Positions 59,602-64,000 of a stretch of 64,000 nt of DNA are shown here, piece by piece; position 1 is the stretch's first letter, and every line of letters starts with the position of its first letter. Both the position numbers and the translations under genes were made by a program. The notes beneath the pieces are model-generated. The model was not told where the DNA came from, made no database searches, and worked only from the letters and a program-made list of their open reading frames with translations. Where the stretch lies: the NCBI GenBank assembly GCA_951406725.2, contig OX597830.1, forward strand, positions 6,944,001 through 7,008,000. Reading direction: 5' to 3'. Source of the stretch: Octopus vulgaris. Taxonomy: Eukaryota.

Positions 59602-60886
59602 TCTTGGTATGTATATGGTTCAAAATTATACACAAAAAAAAAAACCACAGACAGGCAGATGAGAAAACAACAGAGTGTGTTACTTTGTGAGAAAATATGG
59701 AAGTCTTTGACGTTTGGAGCCTACGCTCTTCTACAGAATCGAAAGAGGAAAGAGAATAGGAACCATAAACGAATGGAGAGAGAAAAAGACAATGTTCCTG
59801 GATTAACAGTTGCAGATGTTGAAGATAAGATATGCATATATATATATATATATATAATTTCCCTATCATTTGGTTCGTGTGCTACCATTCAGAGTATAAA
59901 ATGATTAATAAAAACAAATCGAAATTCATCAACATGGTATCAACTTTATTTGAAAGAGAGAAAACTATTCAATATCGGTAGAATTATCGATCTTTAAGTT
60001 CTGTAACACAAAACATAAAACACTAGTTTAAATTAAACTAAAAAGAGAAATAAGAAAGACCATTTGTAACATCATTTCAAGTTCTATTTGGGACTAACTT
60101 GAAATCAAGTGGATTGCAGCAGATATCGAACCTAAGACCGCGAATTTAAATAGTTATAAGGTTTCTTGTAGTTCTTACCAATAACTGTACAAGATGTATT
60201 GCAGTAGCATGTGTTAAATAAGGCAGCATCGCACTATTATTTATTTAGTCATCACTGAACCTATTCTGTATCTAATGGTGCAGAAATATTTTTTTATTGT
60301 CCTTAGGGAACACCATAGATGACTTTCGGTTGACTAATGATGGTAACGCTAACGATGTCGTCTCGTCACATTACTAACATTTGACCCTCCACTAGGCGTG
60401 AACATTGTTTCGATAATTAACATCAACGTACATGCACACTTATGCACACAGGTACAAGTGCAACAACACGCATGCAAATATGCACGGCTGCACACATCTA
60501 TGTACATATATGCATTTATGTACGTACATACGTATATATACATATATATATATATAATGCAAACTGGCACACACATGAACATATATGCATACATACAGAA
60601 GCAGACTAGGATATATAGCCATGTGCATATGTATGTGTGTGTGTGCATGTATATATAACCCAACATGCACACCAACATGCAAAGACTTGTATATGCATAC
60701 GTACATTTACATACTTACAAACATACATAGATAGGAAGAGATATTCATGCATACGTACAACAAAAAAAAACATACCACCATATACAAATACATCTCACAC
60801 CTGCATGCTAAGCGTATGCACGCAACAACTTGAATCTATTTATGAATCTATCTAACTATCAATCATCAATCTATCTGTTTATCTAT

Positions 60887-60984
<98 letters not shown>

Positions 60985-61089
60985 CTAATGTTTTCATTTG
61001 TATTAATTCACATAAGTACAGAACAGTCTCATGCATCCTCTCATTCGTATATCCTCTCTTATATATAAACACACACATACATATATATG

Positions 61090-61146
<57 letters not shown>

Positions 61147-61149
<3 letters not shown>

Positions 61150-61359
61150 AGAGTAAGCACATAAATGTAAAACAAGGTGGAAAAGAATAGTACTCGAATA
61201 CCGGAGATAGAGTAATATGGTTCATAGTTAAAACGGCAAAAGTATTACAGATATATCACAATAAACTGCTACAAGGTGTTTCACTGAAAAACTGCCCGAC
61301 CGACAGGATCGTGAAACTCTGAGTAGCAGTTTTTTGTGATGTTTTTGCAGCTTTACTAA

Positions 61360-61362
<3 letters not shown>
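61147..61362 (+). mobile_element. Penelope-like fold-back element with a degenerate hammerhead motif (61287-61334)
   Basis: Follows (TA)n; 61255-61284 is inverted at 61311-61340; AAAAACTGC-CCGACCG-ACAGGATCGT-GAAA-CTC T GAG-TA-GCAGTTTTT. Confidence 0.65.
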
Positions 61363-61400
<38 letters not shown>

Positions 61401-61514
61401 AAGTAAATAGCGTTTGTATAATACTATGCTAAGCAGTACAAAGAATTAGAAAAAAAGTGAACGGGAAAGAAGAAAGAAAGTAAAGAGTAAATATAGGTAA
61501 GGTATGATAATAAC

Positions 61515-62120
61515 AGGGCCAGCAATTTTCGAGGGGAGGCGGAAGTTGATTACATCGACCCAGTACATGACTGGTACAAAATTTTATCGATCGCAGATGG
61601 AGGAAATACTAATTTGATATCGGTGTGATTTCATTCCAGATGGTCAAGAACTGGAGCAAATACCGCTGAACATTTTGGCCCAAATGCTCTCGATTCTGCC
61701 ATGCGACCGCATTTAAGATAACAAACAAACAAAACAATTCTTTCCTCTCTCGGCACAAGGCCTGAAACACCCTCTGTGTTTTTTGTTTTTTGTGTTGACT
61801 ATTCAATCGATCTCGTTAAGATGAAGGACAATGAGAAACTCAACTGAATTTGAACTCAGAAAATAAAGCCGAAAGAAATTCCCCGAACCATTTTGTCCGC
61901 TCAGAAAAGAACACAATGGGGTTTCAAAGTTTGGCACAAGTTCGGAGTGTTTGTCGATTGCATTGACCCCAGGGGTTAACTGGTAATTATTTTATCGATC
62001 CTGGAAAGATGAAAGGCAAAGAAGACCTTGGCAGAATTTGAACTCGATATGTAAGACCGGAAGAAATGCTGCTAAGCATTTTGTCCGGTGCGATAATAAT
62101 TCTGCAAGCTTGCCGCCTTT
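61515..62120 (-). mobile_element. Cluster of diverged SINE family A copies
   Basis: TCGACCCAGTAC, AACTGGTA, GATGAAAGGCAAAG, GAATTTGAACTC and GCCGCCTT. Confidence 0.75.
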
Positions 62121-62387
62121 AAGGTGGAAAAGGAAATCAGAATAAGAAATAGAAATACAAGAGAATTATTTACAAAGAATTTTGAAATTCATGGATGGGA
62201 AAAAATTTTCTAAATTACATGAAAAAAAATATAAAGCAAAAGCAACAAAGATTGAAAGAAAGGAAGGAAGGAAGGAAGAAGAAACGAAAGCAATAAAGTA
62301 AGAAAGAAGGAAAGAAACAAAGAAACAAAGAAAGAAGGAAGGAAATAAATAAATAAAGAAAGAAAGAACGAAAGAAAGAAAGAACGA

Positions 62388-62423
<36 letters not shown>

Positions 62424-63076
62424 AAAAAGATGAAAGGAATTGAAAAAAGCAATATTGAAAAAATGAAGGTATAGTGGAGAGAAAGAAAGAAAGAAAGAAA
62501 TTAAAGAAAGAAGGAAAGAAATTAAAGAAAGAAAGGGAGAAAGAGTGTAATAATGTAAGAATGAAAGAGAAAGGCGAGGTGAAGGAAGGGGGAAAAGAAA
62601 TAGTTAAGACAAAATCTGAATTAAAAATGTGGAAAAAAAAGGAAAAAGGGAAAAATTAGGGATTCATCTTAGTTTTTGAAGCAATCAAGAAAAAATGGCG
62701 ACTGAGAGTTTGTACCTAATTGGGGGCCAACACCCCTCTATTGTCTTATTATGGAATTTTGTTAAGGTACATCGAAAATGTGTGTGTGTGTCAATATATG
62801 TGTGCGTATTTGTGTATCTTATTTGTTATTTCGTATCCATGCGTGTGCGTAAGTATGTATGTGTGTGTGTTTGAGAGAGAGAGAGAGAGAGAGAGAAACA
62901 GACAGACAGACAGAGGGGAGAGAGCGGATCTTGTGTGTTTTATTTAGGGTGTTTTTGGTGCGCTTTGGGTTGATTGAAGTTGATGAAGTGTGTCTGTGTG
63001 TGTGTGAGGGAAAGAGAGAAAGAGAGAGAGATGGGAGATAGAGAAAGATGGGAGATAGAATCAGTGGAATGTAATA

Positions 63077-63121
<45 letters not shown>

Positions 63122-63369
63122 GATGACGACGACGACGATGACGAGAACGACGACGATGACGAGAACGACGACGACGACGACGACGATGATGATGATGATG
63201 ATGATGATTATGATGATGATGATAAAAAAACAAGAGGGTATTCGAAACACTTTTGTTTCATTTTGGCATTTCGGTGATTTGTGTCTGTGCGTATGCGTAC
63301 ACACATGCTCACACACACACACACACACGCATAGAGTCACGCAGTTACACACAAGCATACAAATACACC

Positions 63370-63405
<36 letters not shown>

Positions 63406-63870
63406 AAAATCTCTCGTTCGCTGTTTCTTTCTGTGTCTTTACAGAGATCAGAACAGAGTCTCGAATTTCAGAGAGACCATTCTTTCGATTAATGATCACA
63501 GTTTGCCTGCTTATAGCGCCACCTTTTAAAGCTATGCTTGTATATACGGTAAATATTTATGTGTGCGTGTGAGTGTGTGTGTGAGTATGCGCGTGTGTGC
63601 GTGTGTGTGTATAAATACACAAATATAACATACAATCCACCATCATCAGATAATATATATATATACGCATACGTGTGTATGCATGAAGTTAGACTGATAG
63701 ATAGTTAGAGAGAGGGGAAAAGAGAGACAGAGAGACAGAGAGAAGAGATGTTACAGTTATGTTCTTTCAGAAGACGCTTGGTTATATCATATAGAGACAC
63801 ACTCGTGCACATGCACCGGCTCTTGCACAAACGGCAAAGCAACACAAGTTGCTTATGAATATGTATGAGG

Positions 63871-63951
<81 letters not shown>

Positions 63952-64000
63952 TAATAATAAAGTAACAACAACAGCCATCAAAACATACACATATACATAC

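Overview
AT-rich, microsatellite-saturated animal genomic DNA. The repeat landscape (tRNA-derived SINEs, (TA)n/(ATT)n arrays) looks like an octopod cephalopod genome; this is an inference. The only host coding sequence I can support is the last exon of a Distal-less/Dlx homeobox gene on the minus strand (24230-23859). I found no upstream homeobox exon, so 24231-64000 is probably one intron of at least 39.7 kb. Nearly all other listed ORFs are microsatellite artefacts. The rest is R4/Dong-type LINE fragments in (TAA)n arrays, three SINE families, non-autonomous Helitrons, MITEs and several fold-back elements. The most interesting signal is a set of minimal hammerhead-ribozyme motifs (40571, ~40727, 41101, 44045, 61287). 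They sit in Penelope-like or fold-back units next to (TA)n tracts within the putative Dlx intron, and repeatedly carry non-canonical cores (CCGACGA, CUGGNGA).
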